Positions 15,814 to 24,844 of a stretch of 25,095 nucleotides of DNA are shown in pieces (within the stretch, counting starts at the first letter, position 1; each line of letters opens with the position of its first letter). The position numbers and the translations under genes were made by a program. Source of the DNA: a virus. Lineage: Duplodnaviria > Caudoviricetes. Under the pieces are notes generated by a model. That model saw only the letters and a list, made by a program, of their open reading frames with translations. It was not told the DNA's origin and did not search any database. The stretch covers positions 1 through 25,095 of the IMG/VR virus record IMGVR_UViG_3300025570_000104, one strand, 5' to 3'.

Positions 15814-17895
15814 ATGGCAACACAAATACCACTTAGAGAGGGTCTCGACCTAAGTTTAATACCTGATGCAGACTTGGATGCGTTAAGAGCTAACGACCTA
15901 CCTGCTGTGTCTGATGCCACTCTAAACTATTTACGAGATGAGGGTGGTAGTTCTTGGGATGCTTTTTCTTCCAACGCTGAAAGGGGGTTAACCTCTTCCT
16001 TGCGTGGGTTAGGTATCCTACAGCCGGATGAGGCAGCAGACTTACAATCAGAGCGCGAGAGTCGGATGCTTCTGGATACTAACCCCTTCGCTGGTTGGTC
16101 TGGTTTGTTAATAGGCTCTGCCCTTGACCCTGTAACCCTCCCTGCGGCTATCCTGAAGCCTTTAGCCATTGGTGGTAGGATAGCTACAGGTGCGTTACGT
16201 GGCTCCGCTGGTGGTGCGTTTGGTGGCCTTGTTGACCCTGTGTATGAAGACATGGGTGATAGTCGTGCCCTTAACGTAACTGGTGGTGCTGTCCTCGGTG
16301 GTGCTCTCGGTGGCTTGGTTGGTAGGTTATTCGGTAAGGCAGCGCCCAAGGCTGAGGTAGATGGTAAGGTGGGGTCAGAGGCTGAGGCAGATGCTGCTAA
16401 GATTTTAGATGCAGAAGACCCAGCTAAGGCCATCGACGAAGTAGCGGCTAAGGCTGAAGAACCTGCTATCCCTGAGAGTGCTGTGTTTAACAGAGAGTCA
16501 GGTATCTTTGAGACGTTTGCTGAGGAGACACCGACTGTTGACCTTAACATGCCACGTCAACTGGCGGGGGCTAAGCCTAGGTTTAACAAGTTTACCACAG
16601 GCTTTGATAATGATATTGACAAGGCTCTTTACATCGTAGGCAACAGTACTTCCAAGAGTGCTCAGCATGACGCATACGTTGACTGGTTAAAAAGGGTAAC
16701 GGGGCTGGATGATACTGGTGTTATAGCAGTGGCTCGTAGCGCTCGTGCAGAACTGGTTAAATCCTTTGGACGCACAACCCCTGATGCTAAGGGTAATTTG
16801 CTTGCTGAGCCTAGTACTTTCTCTCAGGACATCAGACAAAAACTAACAGCACCACGCCAAGTAGCTACCCCTGTTAGACCAACTGTCACAGTCAAGGATG
16901 GCTTGGACGATAAGGATTTAGCCCTGCTTGAGAAAGCTGGTGTTAAGATGGTTGTCGGTCGAGATGGTACCCTACTGCTTCAGGACTTGTTTAACTCTAG
17001 TAAGGTAATGCTCAACGGTGAGTTTATGCGCCGTATCGAAGCTGCTGGTATTGGCATCGACCTACCTGCCTTCCGTAAGCGTACAAAGGCTGAGACTGAG
17101 GCTAACAAGGCCGCTGAGCGTGAGCAGATGATGTCTCCTGAGTTTTGGAGCCGTCAAGAGCCACCATCAGCAGACCGTGCCCCAGTGTTTGACCGTCAGA
17201 CTTGGACAAATGTTGAGCCAATGTCGGAAAACACAAGGGCTGCATGGACTAGACCTCCCCGTCCTACTAACCAAGCTCCTAGTATGGAGGGGTTACAGAC
17301 TGGTGCTCCTCGTGAGGGTGATGCGGCTGGTGCTACACGCGCTAAACCCTCAAGCATTTACGGTTCAGACCTTGCTCCGGGGATAGCTAACATGTCTCCC
17401 ACTGAGCTGGCTATGCGCTCCACGATGATTGAGCCAGAGGAGGTTATGAAGATGATGCCCCCTAAGGTCAGAGCAGCAGAAGAGGCTAAGCACCCCACAG
17501 GATTGGCTGAGTACTTGAGTGAGGGTCAAGTGCGACTGAAGGAAATCTTGAAGGACAATAACAACATCGTAGAGTGGATGCTGGCTAAGAGTAGAGCTAG
17601 GCGACCAATGAGCGAAGTGGATGCTGGAGCCTTTGCACCCTTCTATCATCAAGCTATGGCGGCTCGTGAGGTGGTGTTAGATAAGGCAGTGGCTCACCGT
17701 GCTGCTGGTGGTTCTTTTGAATCAGGTGAAGGTGCTAAGTTAGCTGAAGACTTATTGTACTACACTGGCATTGCCTTGTTTAAGAAGAATGAGGGCAGTA
17801 AGGCTGGTCGTGCCCTAAATGCTTTCCGGTTACTATCTGAGAAGGCGCGTAAGGGACAGACTGTTAAGAATATATTTCCGGGAGTGACTTGTTAA
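15814..17895 (+). CDS. Large internal virion/ejection protein, N-terminal part
   Basis: 693 aa with Gly/Ala-rich membrane-inserting-type segments (GAFGGLVDP, GGAVLGGALGGLVG), ending just after SKAGRALNAFR. Confidence 0.72.
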   Translation: MATQIPLREGLDLSLIPDADLDALRANDLPAVSDATLNYLRDEGGSSWDAFSSNAERGLTSSLRGLGILQPDEAADLQSERESRMLLDTNPFAGWSGLLIGSALDPVTLPAAILKPLAIGGRIATGALRGSAGGAFGGLVDPVYEDMGDSRALNVTGGAVLGGALGGLVGRLFGKAAPKAEVDGKVGSEAEADAAKILDAEDPAKAIDEVAAKAEEPAIPESAVFNRESGIFETFAEETPTVDLNMPRQLAGAKPRFNKFTTGFDNDIDKALYIVGNSTSKSAQHDAYVDWLKRVTGLDDTGVIAVARSARAELVKSFGRTTPDAKGNLLAEPSTFSQDIRQKLTAPRQVATPVRPTVTVKDGLDDKDLALLEKAGVKMVVGRDGTLLLQDLFNSSKVMLNGEFMRRIEAAGIGIDLPAFRKRTKAETEANKAAEREQMMSPEFWSRQEPPSADRAPVFDRQTWTNVEPMSENTRAAWTRPPRPTNQAPSMEGLQTGAPREGDAAGATRAKPSSIYGSDLAPGIANMSPTELAMRSTMIEPEEVMKMMPPKVRAAEEAKHPTGLAEYLSEGQVRLKEILKDNNNIVEWMLAKSRARRPMSEVDAGAFAPFYHQAMAAREVVLDKAVAHRAAGGSFESGEGAKLAEDLLYYTGIALFKKNEGSKAGRALNAFRLLSEKARKGQTVKNIFPGVTC

Positions 17896-19994
17896 TGGCA
17901 AAATTAGATAGTGAAGCATGTGCGATTGACCTTGACCAACTCCTCGACGCAAGAGAAAAGTATAAGAACATAGACCCTGAGAAGGCCGATGAACTTGTTA
18001 ACTCTTTCGTTGAGCAGGGGCTTGAGGGTAAGAAGCCTAACCTCGGTATGAAGGTTAACGAGTACTTAATCAACGGTATGTTGTCAGGTACAGGCACTCC
18101 TGTGGTTAACACTATCGGTGGTGGCATCCAGACGATCATGAAGCCTCTCTTGAACCTCATCGATGCCTATGTACCTAAACAGGGTGTAACGCCCGTACAA
18201 GCCCAACGAGAGCGTCGAGCAGCTAAGGCAGCAGTGTCTGCCCTTATGGATGGATGGAAGACGGATTTAGTCTTCTTGTCTCGTGGGTTTAGCACTGGGT
18301 TGCCTGTTGACTTTAAGATAACTCCTAGAGCATTAGGGTTATCAGAGAAACAGTTTAACGAACTGATGGTGGACTTAGGGGCTTCCCCTGACATTAATGG
18401 TAAGGTTAACCCAGAGCTTGCACGACAGGTATTGGGTGAAAGCTACGACTACATGACTCACGCCATTGGGGGTAAGACAGGTGAAATTGTACGCCTACCC
18501 ACTAAGCTAACTGTCGGTATCGATGAGTACTTCAAGGCACGTCTACGCTCACAGCGGATGATGAACTACCTAAGCAAGAAGGCATCGCTGGATGAGGAGA
18601 AGGGTTTAGGTTCTTACGATGACCTGTACCAGAAGTATAAGAAGGAAACCTTTGCTGACGGTAAGGCTGAGGAGTTGTACGGTAACATGGATAGGTTTGA
18701 GCAGATGGTTGGCGATGAGTTTGATACCGCTATCTTTGATGTTCGTAACTACGCTGTCGATGGTACGTTCCAAGCTAAGCTCCAAGGGATGTTGAAGAAG
18801 ATTTCTGAGGCTAAAGGCGAAGGTCGTACCCCGGCTGAGGTGTTCTTAACCCAGACAATCCCCTTCCTGCGTACCCCTTGGAACATCTTTAAGGAGAGTG
18901 CTGGTTACATCCCCGGTGTTGGTGTTGTTGTCCGTCCCACAAAGACTGTAACAACCAAGCGTATCCGTGAGGCATCAGATGGGGAGCAGATAGTAGACTT
19001 TGTTACAGCCAACGAGAACATGTCCAAGATGGATATGATTCCACGTCAGCTTGTAGGCTTCGCTATCACAGGCGGGGTGTACCAGTTATTCGACAGTGAG
19101 CTAATCACAGGCTCTATGCCTTCCGACCCTGCTGAGCGTAACACATGGAAGTCATTAGGCAAGCCAGCTACCTCAATCAAAATTGGGGACACATGGGTTG
19201 ACTACTCTCGTGCTGAACCGCTGGCAACAGTGCTCGGTATGATGACTGATCTGTTCGCTGAGCAAAAGCGCATCATGGATGGAGAGGTTCAAGCAGGTAA
19301 AGAATGGGAGGATATCCAGAAGAAAGCGTGGGCATCTGTCAAAACCAACATGCTACAGAAGACGTTCATGCAGGGCTTTGCTGACCTGTCTGACGCCTTG
19401 TTTGCCAATGATACTGCAAGGGCACAGGGGTTATTAGACAACTACGCTAAGCGCTTCATCCCCGCCCTGTCTAACACATTGGCTCGTGCCGGAGACCCTA
19501 ATGAGCGTGAGGCTGTTAGCACAATCGAGAAGATGCAACAGCGTATCCCCGGTGCTCGTAACCTCCTACCTAAGAACTACGGGTTGGTTAATGCTGATCC
19601 TAACAACACATCCCCAGAAGCGCTTAAGACTAACCTGTCACAAGCAATCTCTGGTGTTGCTATTGATGATGTACAGACAGACTTCCAAAAGAGGTTGAGT
19701 GACATCGGGTTCTCAGTGTCCACAGTGTCACGTAAGGTAGGCGGGGAACAGTTAACCGCACAAGAGTACAGTGATTACAAGCGTTATATAAACGAACTGG
19801 CAACCCCCGTATTCAAAGCTGCCCTGCCTAACTTGGAGAAGATAGGTAACAAGAAGACAGCGGAGTATGCCATTGAGAGAAAGATTATGCCTAAGATAAA
19901 GAGGCGAGCACTTCTGCGGTTACGTCAACAGTACCCCAGACTCACCGAAGCTATCAAAGAGGATAAGATATTCCAACGAATAGGTAACCAGTAA
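17895..19994 (+). CDS. Large internal virion/ejection protein, C-terminal part
   Basis: Start reset to ATG 17895 (TAATG overlap, SD GGAG at 17881-17884). INGMLSG.GT..VN, DEYFK, IPFLRTPWNI and SIKIGDTWVDYSRAEPLA recall large podovirus internal/polyvalent proteins. Confidence 0.75.
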   Translation: MAKLDSEACAIDLDQLLDAREKYKNIDPEKADELVNSFVEQGLEGKKPNLGMKVNEYLINGMLSGTGTPVVNTIGGGIQTIMKPLLNLIDAYVPKQGVTPVQAQRERRAAKAAVSALMDGWKTDLVFLSRGFSTGLPVDFKITPRALGLSEKQFNELMVDLGASPDINGKVNPELARQVLGESYDYMTHAIGGKTGEIVRLPTKLTVGIDEYFKARLRSQRMMNYLSKKASLDEEKGLGSYDDLYQKYKKETFADGKAEELYGNMDRFEQMVGDEFDTAIFDVRNYAVDGTFQAKLQGMLKKISEAKGEGRTPAEVFLTQTIPFLRTPWNIFKESAGYIPGVGVVVRPTKTVTTKRIREASDGEQIVDFVTANENMSKMDMIPRQLVGFAITGGVYQLFDSELITGSMPSDPAERNTWKSLGKPATSIKIGDTWVDYSRAEPLATVLGMMTDLFAEQKRIMDGEVQAGKEWEDIQKKAWASVKTNMLQKTFMQGFADLSDALFANDTARAQGLLDNYAKRFIPALSNTLARAGDPNEREAVSTIEKMQQRIPGARNLLPKNYGLVNADPNNTSPEALKTNLSQAISGVAIDDVQTDFQKRLSDIGFSVSTVSRKVGGEQLTAQEYSDYKRYINELATPVFKAALPNLEKIGNKKTAEYAIERKIMPKIKRRALLRLRQQYPRLTEAIKEDKIFQRIGNQ

Positions 19995-19998
19995 CAAC

Positions 19999-20035
19999 AA
20001 AGCCCCTAAGCAGTGATGCCTAGGGGCTTTTTTTT
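19999..20035. terminator. Bidirectional intrinsic terminator between the convergent arms
   Basis: AAAGCCCCTA-A-GCA-GTGA-TGC-C-TAGGGGCTTT hairpin, followed by a T8 run on plus and TTTGTTGTT on minus. Stop codons converge on it from both sides. Confidence 0.93.
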
Positions 20036-20228
20036 AGTCTTTTATTTCTAAGACTTCAGGATCTAACTCAGAGAACTCACCGATGTAGATGGAGAAGAAG
20101 GGGACACGAATGATAAGCCCCTCATAGGCGGCTACAAATCTACCCTCATCATCCCCTACCACATGGCAGATGTTGTCGTTATGTTCGACGTCGAAGCCAA
20201 TGCCTAGACGCATGTTAATGTTAATCAT
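20034..20228 (-). CDS. Hypothetical protein
   Basis: 64 aa, ATGA-coupled to phoH, SD GAGGA. Its stop lies in the terminator tail. Confidence 0.75.
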   Translation of the reverse strand: MININMRLGIGFDVEHNDNICHVVGDDEGRFVAAYEGLIIRVPFFSIYIGEFSELDPEVLEIKD

Positions 20229-20950
20229 TTACTGTCCTCATGGTTAAGTCTGGCGATGATGTAATTCTTAACCAAGCTACTACGGACAATGTCAGCCACC
20301 GAGAACTCAATCTCTGTAAACTCTTTCATCGACCGCAGGATGGTTAAGAACTCAAGCAATCCACTTTTATCATCTCTCTTCTTCAAGTCCACCTGTCGAT
20401 AGTCACCGCATAAGAAGAACTTAGACGTGTGACCAATACGGGTGATGATGGTGTCCAGCTCATGCATCGTACAGTTTTGACTCTCATCAAGGATAACGAT
20501 AGCATTGTTAAACGTAGTCCCTCGGATAAAGGAGGTGGATAGGAACTCAACATAACCCTGCTCCACCAATCTATCCCAAGCGTCTTTGCGTTTGAACAAC
20601 TCAGCCGCTATCTGCTTGTACGGCTCAGTAAACTGATTCATCTTCTCCTCGGCATCACCCGGTAGGTGACCCATCTCCCTACTCTGCACACTACTACGGA
20701 TAATAACAAGCTTGGCGTAGGGGTTACTTCGATCCATAACCTCCTCAAGCGCCTTGTAGAAAGCGATGTATGTCTTACCCGTACCAGCCACACCAGACAG
20801 AGCACAGAAGTAGTGCCCCTGCTGGTATGCGTCAAAGAACTCCTTCTGCTTCTCTGTCTTAGGGCTGATGGTTAGCATATCATCTAACTTCATCTTTAGC
20901 CCATGTTGCGGTTTAGACTCTGAGTCCGTTGCTCGTTTCTTTGTTACCAT
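20225..20950 (-). CDS. phoH: PhoH-family ATPase
   Basis: G.AGTGKT Walker A, MGHLPG, RGTTF, ILDESQN, TRIG, GD..Q.D and DIVRS motifs. Start ATG 20950 forms a TAATG overlap with the nrdB stop. Confidence 0.95.
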   Translation of the reverse strand: MVTKKRATDSESKPQHGLKMKLDDMLTISPKTEKQKEFFDAYQQGHYFCALSGVAGTGKTYIAFYKALEEVMDRSNPYAKLVIIRSSVQSREMGHLPGDAEEKMNQFTEPYKQIAAELFKRKDAWDRLVEQGYVEFLSTSFIRGTTFNNAIVILDESQNCTMHELDTIITRIGHTSKFFLCGDYRQVDLKKRDDKSGLLEFLTILRSMKEFTEIEFSVADIVRSSLVKNYIIARLNHEDSK

Positions 20951-21903
20951 TAAGCTGCTTTCCCCCATACGTCATCCCATGTGCCCTCAGTAGCACCCTT
21001 GGAATAATCTGTTACACGTTGTTCAAAGAAGTTAGTGTGGCTTACGCCTAACATACCATCCACCCAAGGCAGAGGATTCTTCTTCACCTTAAAGACACCT
21101 TTCATACCCATACTAATCAGGCGACGGTCAGCGATGTAGCGGATATACTCCTTTACCTCTTCTGCTGTCAGCCCCTCTACGTCATACATGCCGAAGGCTA
21201 GGTCAATAAACTTATCCTCTAGCGCCACCATCTCTTGGGCGATTTCTTTCACACGCGCGCTTGAGCTATCTTTAGGGTTCTGTTTAACCCAATCACGATA
21301 CACCTTAATCATCCCCTCAGCGTGTTGCGTCTCATCCACGATAGACCAAGCAATAATCTGGCCTAACCCCTTGAGCTTACCATGACGGGCAAAGTTAAGC
21401 AACATAACAAAGGAGGAGAACAGTTGCATACCCTCACCAAAGGCGCTAATCGTGGCAATCTTCTCTGCCATCGGTGCGTCACCTAGGTTCTGGTAGTACT
21501 CATGCTTCTCCACCATCTCACCATACTGTAGGAACTCGTTGTAGGTACTCTCAGGCAACCCCAGTGTTTCAATCAGGTGAGCGTAGGCGGCGACGTGCAA
21601 AGCTTCTCGTCCGGCAAATCCACTCATCATCATCCGCACCTCTGGTTGCTTAAACACGGGGAGGTAGTGTGTGTAATACCCATCTCCAATGTCCAAGTCA
21701 CCCTGCACAAAGAAGCGTAGGATTTTGGTTAAGAACTCCTTCTCTTCCTTCTTCAGCTTCTTCTGGTAATCCTTTAAATCTTCCCCCATCGGAACCTCTG
21801 AGTGTAACCAGTGGCTCTGCTCATGTTGTAACCAAGCGTCGTATGCCCAAGGGTATTTGAACGGCTTGAATGTATTTCTCTCTTCTGTCAATTGTGGCTT
21901 CAT
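20950..21903 (-). CDS. nrdB: Class I ribonucleotide reductase beta subunit
   Basis: Di-metal ligands in FFVQGD, REALH, EGMQLFSSF and DETQH, radical Tyr in HVAAY, and C-terminal NFFE.RV.DY. Start probably ATG 21903 (GGAG 9 nt upstream); the ORF is open to 21918. Confidence 0.95.
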   Translation of the reverse strand: MKPQLTEERNTFKPFKYPWAYDAWLQHEQSHWLHSEVPMGEDLKDYQKKLKKEEKEFLTKILRFFVQGDLDIGDGYYTHYLPVFKQPEVRMMMSGFAGREALHVAAYAHLIETLGLPESTYNEFLQYGEMVEKHEYYQNLGDAPMAEKIATISAFGEGMQLFSSFVMLLNFARHGKLKGLGQIIAWSIVDETQHAEGMIKVYRDWVKQNPKDSSSARVKEIAQEMVALEDKFIDLAFGMYDVEGLTAEEVKEYIRYIADRRLISMGMKGVFKVKKNPLPWVDGMLGVSHTNFFEQRVTDYSKGATEGTWDDVWGKAA

Positions 21904-21940
21904 TACCATTGTCTCCATGTGTTAGCAATAATGTGTAAGC

Positions 21941-21962
21941 AGGTGGCTATCTCTAACCACCT
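21941..21962 (-). other. Intergenic RNA hairpin with GAGA tetraloop between nrdA and nrdB
   Basis: Minus strand AGGTGGTTA-GAGA-TAGCCACCT forms a 9-bp stem with one G-U pair. No U-tract follows. Confidence 0.65.
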
Positions 21963-21970
21963 TATCCAAG

Positions 21971-23743
21971 TTAACCTTCGCAAGCTAGGCATGTCTCTCC
22001 ATTTGCAATAGCTGTCATATCAATAGTCTCCTCGATGCGCTGGCGTTTAACCTGAGCACCAACCTTCTCTGCCTTACGCACCTTGTCAGAGCGCAGGTAG
22101 TACAAACTCTTCAACCCCTGCTTCCAAGCCATGAAGTGTACAGCATGTAGATAGGCAATGGTTGTATTGGGCTGGAAGAATAGGTTAACACTCTGTCCTT
22201 GGTCAATAAACTCCTGTCGATCTGCTGCCAACTCTACCAACCATCGCTGGTCAATCTCCATCGCTGTCTTGAATACTTCCTTCACATCCTCTGGTATGTC
22301 CAGATGCTGAACACTACCGTCATGTGAGATGATAGAAGCCCAAGTGTCATCGTTGTCCAACCCTAGCTCAGCAAGCCGCTTAACAAGGAAACGGTTACGG
22401 TAGACATGTGCCCCACTTAGGGTATCCTGCCGAAAAACATTTGCTCGATACGGCTCAATGGATGGCGAAGTGTTACCCATAATAAGACTGGAAGAAGCAT
22501 TGGGAGCGATAGCCATATGATGACTAAACCGACGCTCAATGCCATACTCAGCTGCATCCGGGCAAGCGCCTCTTTTAAGAACAAGGTTATTGTCTGCACG
22601 TTCGCACTCCTTCTTTATATACTTAAAAATATCACGGTTAGTCAACTTAGACATAACCCCATCGATAGCCATCCCACTCTTCTGCAAGTAGGCGTGGAAC
22701 CCTAGAGTACCAAGTCCAACAGACCTCTCACGGGAAGCAGAGTAAACTGCACGACGAATATGGTGAGGAGCGTTATCGAGAAAATAGTTAAGCACGTTAT
22801 CAAGCATCTCCATAACATCCGGGATAAAAAGATCAACACCTCGCCAATCATCGTAGTACTCCAAGTTAAGGCTAGACAGACAACACACTGCTGTTCTGTC
22901 AGCACTGGTAGGCAGGAAGATTTCAGTACATAGGTTAGACCCATTGATCTTTAAATCCTGTGCCTGTAACCACTCAGGCATATCCCTGTTAGCCGTATCA
23001 ATGAAGATGAAGTATGGCTCACCTGTTGTCATACGCAACTCTAACATCTTCTGCCACAAGTACTTTGCACTAACTACCTCAGCCACCTCACCGTTCGCAG
23101 GGTTAACCAACTCCCAGTCATCGTTGGCCTCCGGGTCTTTCATGCAACGCTCAATCACCTGCATAAACTTATCACTGATATTAACACCATGATTGAGGTT
23201 CAGTGTCCTCATGTTCTGGTCACCAGTGGGCTTACGCATCTCCAAGAACTGAATGATGTCAGGGTGAGATACATCCAAGAATGCAGCATAGGAACCCCGA
23301 CGTGTACGACCCTGACGGTATGCCAGAGAGGACGCATCATACATCTTCAGGTGCGGCATCACGCCAGTAGATTTATCATCACTGTTGCGGATACCAAGGT
23401 GAACACCAACCCCGCCTCCAAGCATTGATAGCCAGTTAGTCTCAGACAGATTAGCGACCAAACCTTCTGCGCTATCATCCATATAATTGAGAAAGCAAGA
23501 GATAGGTAACCCACGCTTACTACGGCCAAAAGAAAGAATGGGAGTGCTATAAGACAACCAATGCTTAGAACTGTACTCGTATAATCTCTGAGCGTGTTCA
23601 GGGTTGCTTGAGAAAGCTTCTGATACAAATGCAAACCTTTCTTGTGGGCTAACTTCATCATCTTTCATGTAACTTTCTTTGAGACGCTGTAACCCCAAGG
23701 AGTCAAACAGGCTATCCCGTGTTAAATCAATCTTAATTGTCAT
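21971..23743 (-). CDS. nrdA: Class I ribonucleotide reductase alpha subunit (no ATP cone)
   Basis: ISCFL, GGGVG, SNLCTEI, AVCCLSSLNL, AIAPNASSS, DQGQSVN, KSLYYLRS and C-terminal CLACEG. Confidence 0.97.
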   Translation of the reverse strand: MTIKIDLTRDSLFDSLGLQRLKESYMKDDEVSPQERFAFVSEAFSSNPEHAQRLYEYSSKHWLSYSTPILSFGRSKRGLPISCFLNYMDDSAEGLVANLSETNWLSMLGGGVGVHLGIRNSDDKSTGVMPHLKMYDASSLAYRQGRTRRGSYAAFLDVSHPDIIQFLEMRKPTGDQNMRTLNLNHGVNISDKFMQVIERCMKDPEANDDWELVNPANGEVAEVVSAKYLWQKMLELRMTTGEPYFIFIDTANRDMPEWLQAQDLKINGSNLCTEIFLPTSADRTAVCCLSSLNLEYYDDWRGVDLFIPDVMEMLDNVLNYFLDNAPHHIRRAVYSASRERSVGLGTLGFHAYLQKSGMAIDGVMSKLTNRDIFKYIKKECERADNNLVLKRGACPDAAEYGIERRFSHHMAIAPNASSSLIMGNTSPSIEPYRANVFRQDTLSGAHVYRNRFLVKRLAELGLDNDDTWASIISHDGSVQHLDIPEDVKEVFKTAMEIDQRWLVELAADRQEFIDQGQSVNLFFQPNTTIAYLHAVHFMAWKQGLKSLYYLRSDKVRKAEKVGAQVKRQRIEETIDMTAIANGETCLACEG

Positions 23744-23891
23744 CCAATATTTCCTCTAGGTAATCGGCACGTTCTTCAATGGCATCCATAAACTTGGCAA
23801 CGAGATCAGTACTACGAATGTCCAGTAGTTCCAATATCGTCACCTCGTCTAGGCGCTCTAGTTTATCACAAATGTCAGGCAGGGTGAGCAT
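23733..23891 (-). CDS. Small acidic hypothetical protein (52 aa)
   Basis: Not in the ORF track: MLTLPDICDKLERLDEVTILELLDIRSTDLVAKFMDAIEERADYLEEILDDN. It overlaps both neighbours and fills the gap. Confidence 0.8.
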   Translation of the reverse strand: MLTLPDICDKLERLDEVTILELLDIRSTDLVAKFMDAIEERADYLEEILDDN

Positions 23892-24645
23892 ATTTCTTTT
23901 GTAGGTAGTTCATCGACAAGAACATCTCATCGAACGCACCTTCCTCCACTTCGTTTAACACCACTAACCCACGCCAGTGTTTGTTGCTTAGTTGATCCAT
24001 GTAGTCCTCATCATGTAGATAGAAGCTACCCGCAATAATACCACAGATTGCCTTCCCATCTGCCCTCTTCCCATACGCTACCTGCTTGCCCTGTTGATGG
24101 CCTGCCACACATGACATATGAAGTTTGTTAACGATGACAGTCGCACTGGACGCAGGTCTTCCCATAACACCAACAGGCCAGTAATGACAAAAGCCCACAC
24201 CGTTAATGAATAGAGGTCTAAGGAACTCATGTACTTCCCAATCTTTCTCGTACTCTAGATCAGCTACACTAATAGCCCCTTCAAGTATAGGGTTATTAGC
24301 TACTGCTCTGTTGATACGGTTCTCGTGGTTACCTAATGTCATCACCATGCGGGGCTTGTAAACCTTAGTCTTGTTAGCTTTCTGACTGGCTTGCAAATCC
24401 CGCAACGGTTTCAACAGCTTCTTCATCCCAATCTTAGCGAAGGCAATGTCATCCTTATAACGCTTGCCCTCGAAGTATTTACTGCCCACCTTATCGTGCG
24501 TAGACAGGGAGGGCATGTCGGCAAAGTCTCCTATGTTAACCACCACGTCAGGGCGATAGTCACAGATGGCTTTACCTGCCCACTCAAGATGTTCTGTCGG
24601 AATCCCCGGCTTGACTTGACAATCAGGAATAATTAGTATTTTCAT
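23875..24645 (-). CDS. Calcineurin-like metallophosphoesterase
   Basis: Motifs PDCQ, GDFAD, GNHE.R, F.HY and GH.Q. Start reset to ATG 24645 (SD GGAG). Confidence 0.9.
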   Translation of the reverse strand: MKILIIPDCQVKPGIPTEHLEWAGKAICDYRPDVVVNIGDFADMPSLSTHDKVGSKYFEGKRYKDDIAFAKIGMKKLLKPLRDLQASQKANKTKVYKPRMVMTLGNHENRINRAVANNPILEGAISVADLEYEKDWEVHEFLRPLFINGVGFCHYWPVGVMGRPASSATVIVNKLHMSCVAGHQQGKQVAYGKRADGKAICGIIAGSFYLHDEDYMDQLSNKHWRGLVVLNEVEEGAFDEMFLSMNYLQKKYAHPA

Positions 24646-24844
24646 TCGTACTCCAGTAATCCTCAAACAGACATTCAACTTTCTCATGGACACCTACATA
24701 ACCACATGAGTCCATGAAGGCAGCAAACTGTAGCATAACATCAGTCCACTGTGCATCCTCCCCACAGACATAGAATAACTCTGAGCTAGTCTCCACGCTA
24801 GGCCGTGAGCAATTCTTCTTAAAGTGGTAATACTGTTTATCCAT
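24623..24844 (-). CDS. Hypothetical protein
   Basis: 73 aa from ATG 24844 (SD GGAGAG), containing F..F...CGY. Overlaps both neighbours. Confidence 0.72.
   Translation of the reverse strand: MDKQYYHFKKNCSRPSVETSSELFYVCGEDAQWTDVMLQFAAFMDSCGYVGVHEKVECLFEDYWSTNENTNYS

Noticed and set aside
15927-16550. 207-aa antisense ORF
   Set aside because: Mirror of Gly/Ala-rich sense codons, low complexity, with no expression signals.
17868-17895. Programmed -1 frameshift fusing the two large ORFs
   Set aside because: The shared open window is only about 25 nt with no X-XXY-YYZ heptamer, and ORF2 has its own SD and TAATG coupling. A non-canonical shift is not strictly excluded.
20950-23743. Introns or inteins in nrdA/nrdB (also considered for terL)
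   Set aside because: The ORFs are continuous and of compact length, with motifs in the expected order.
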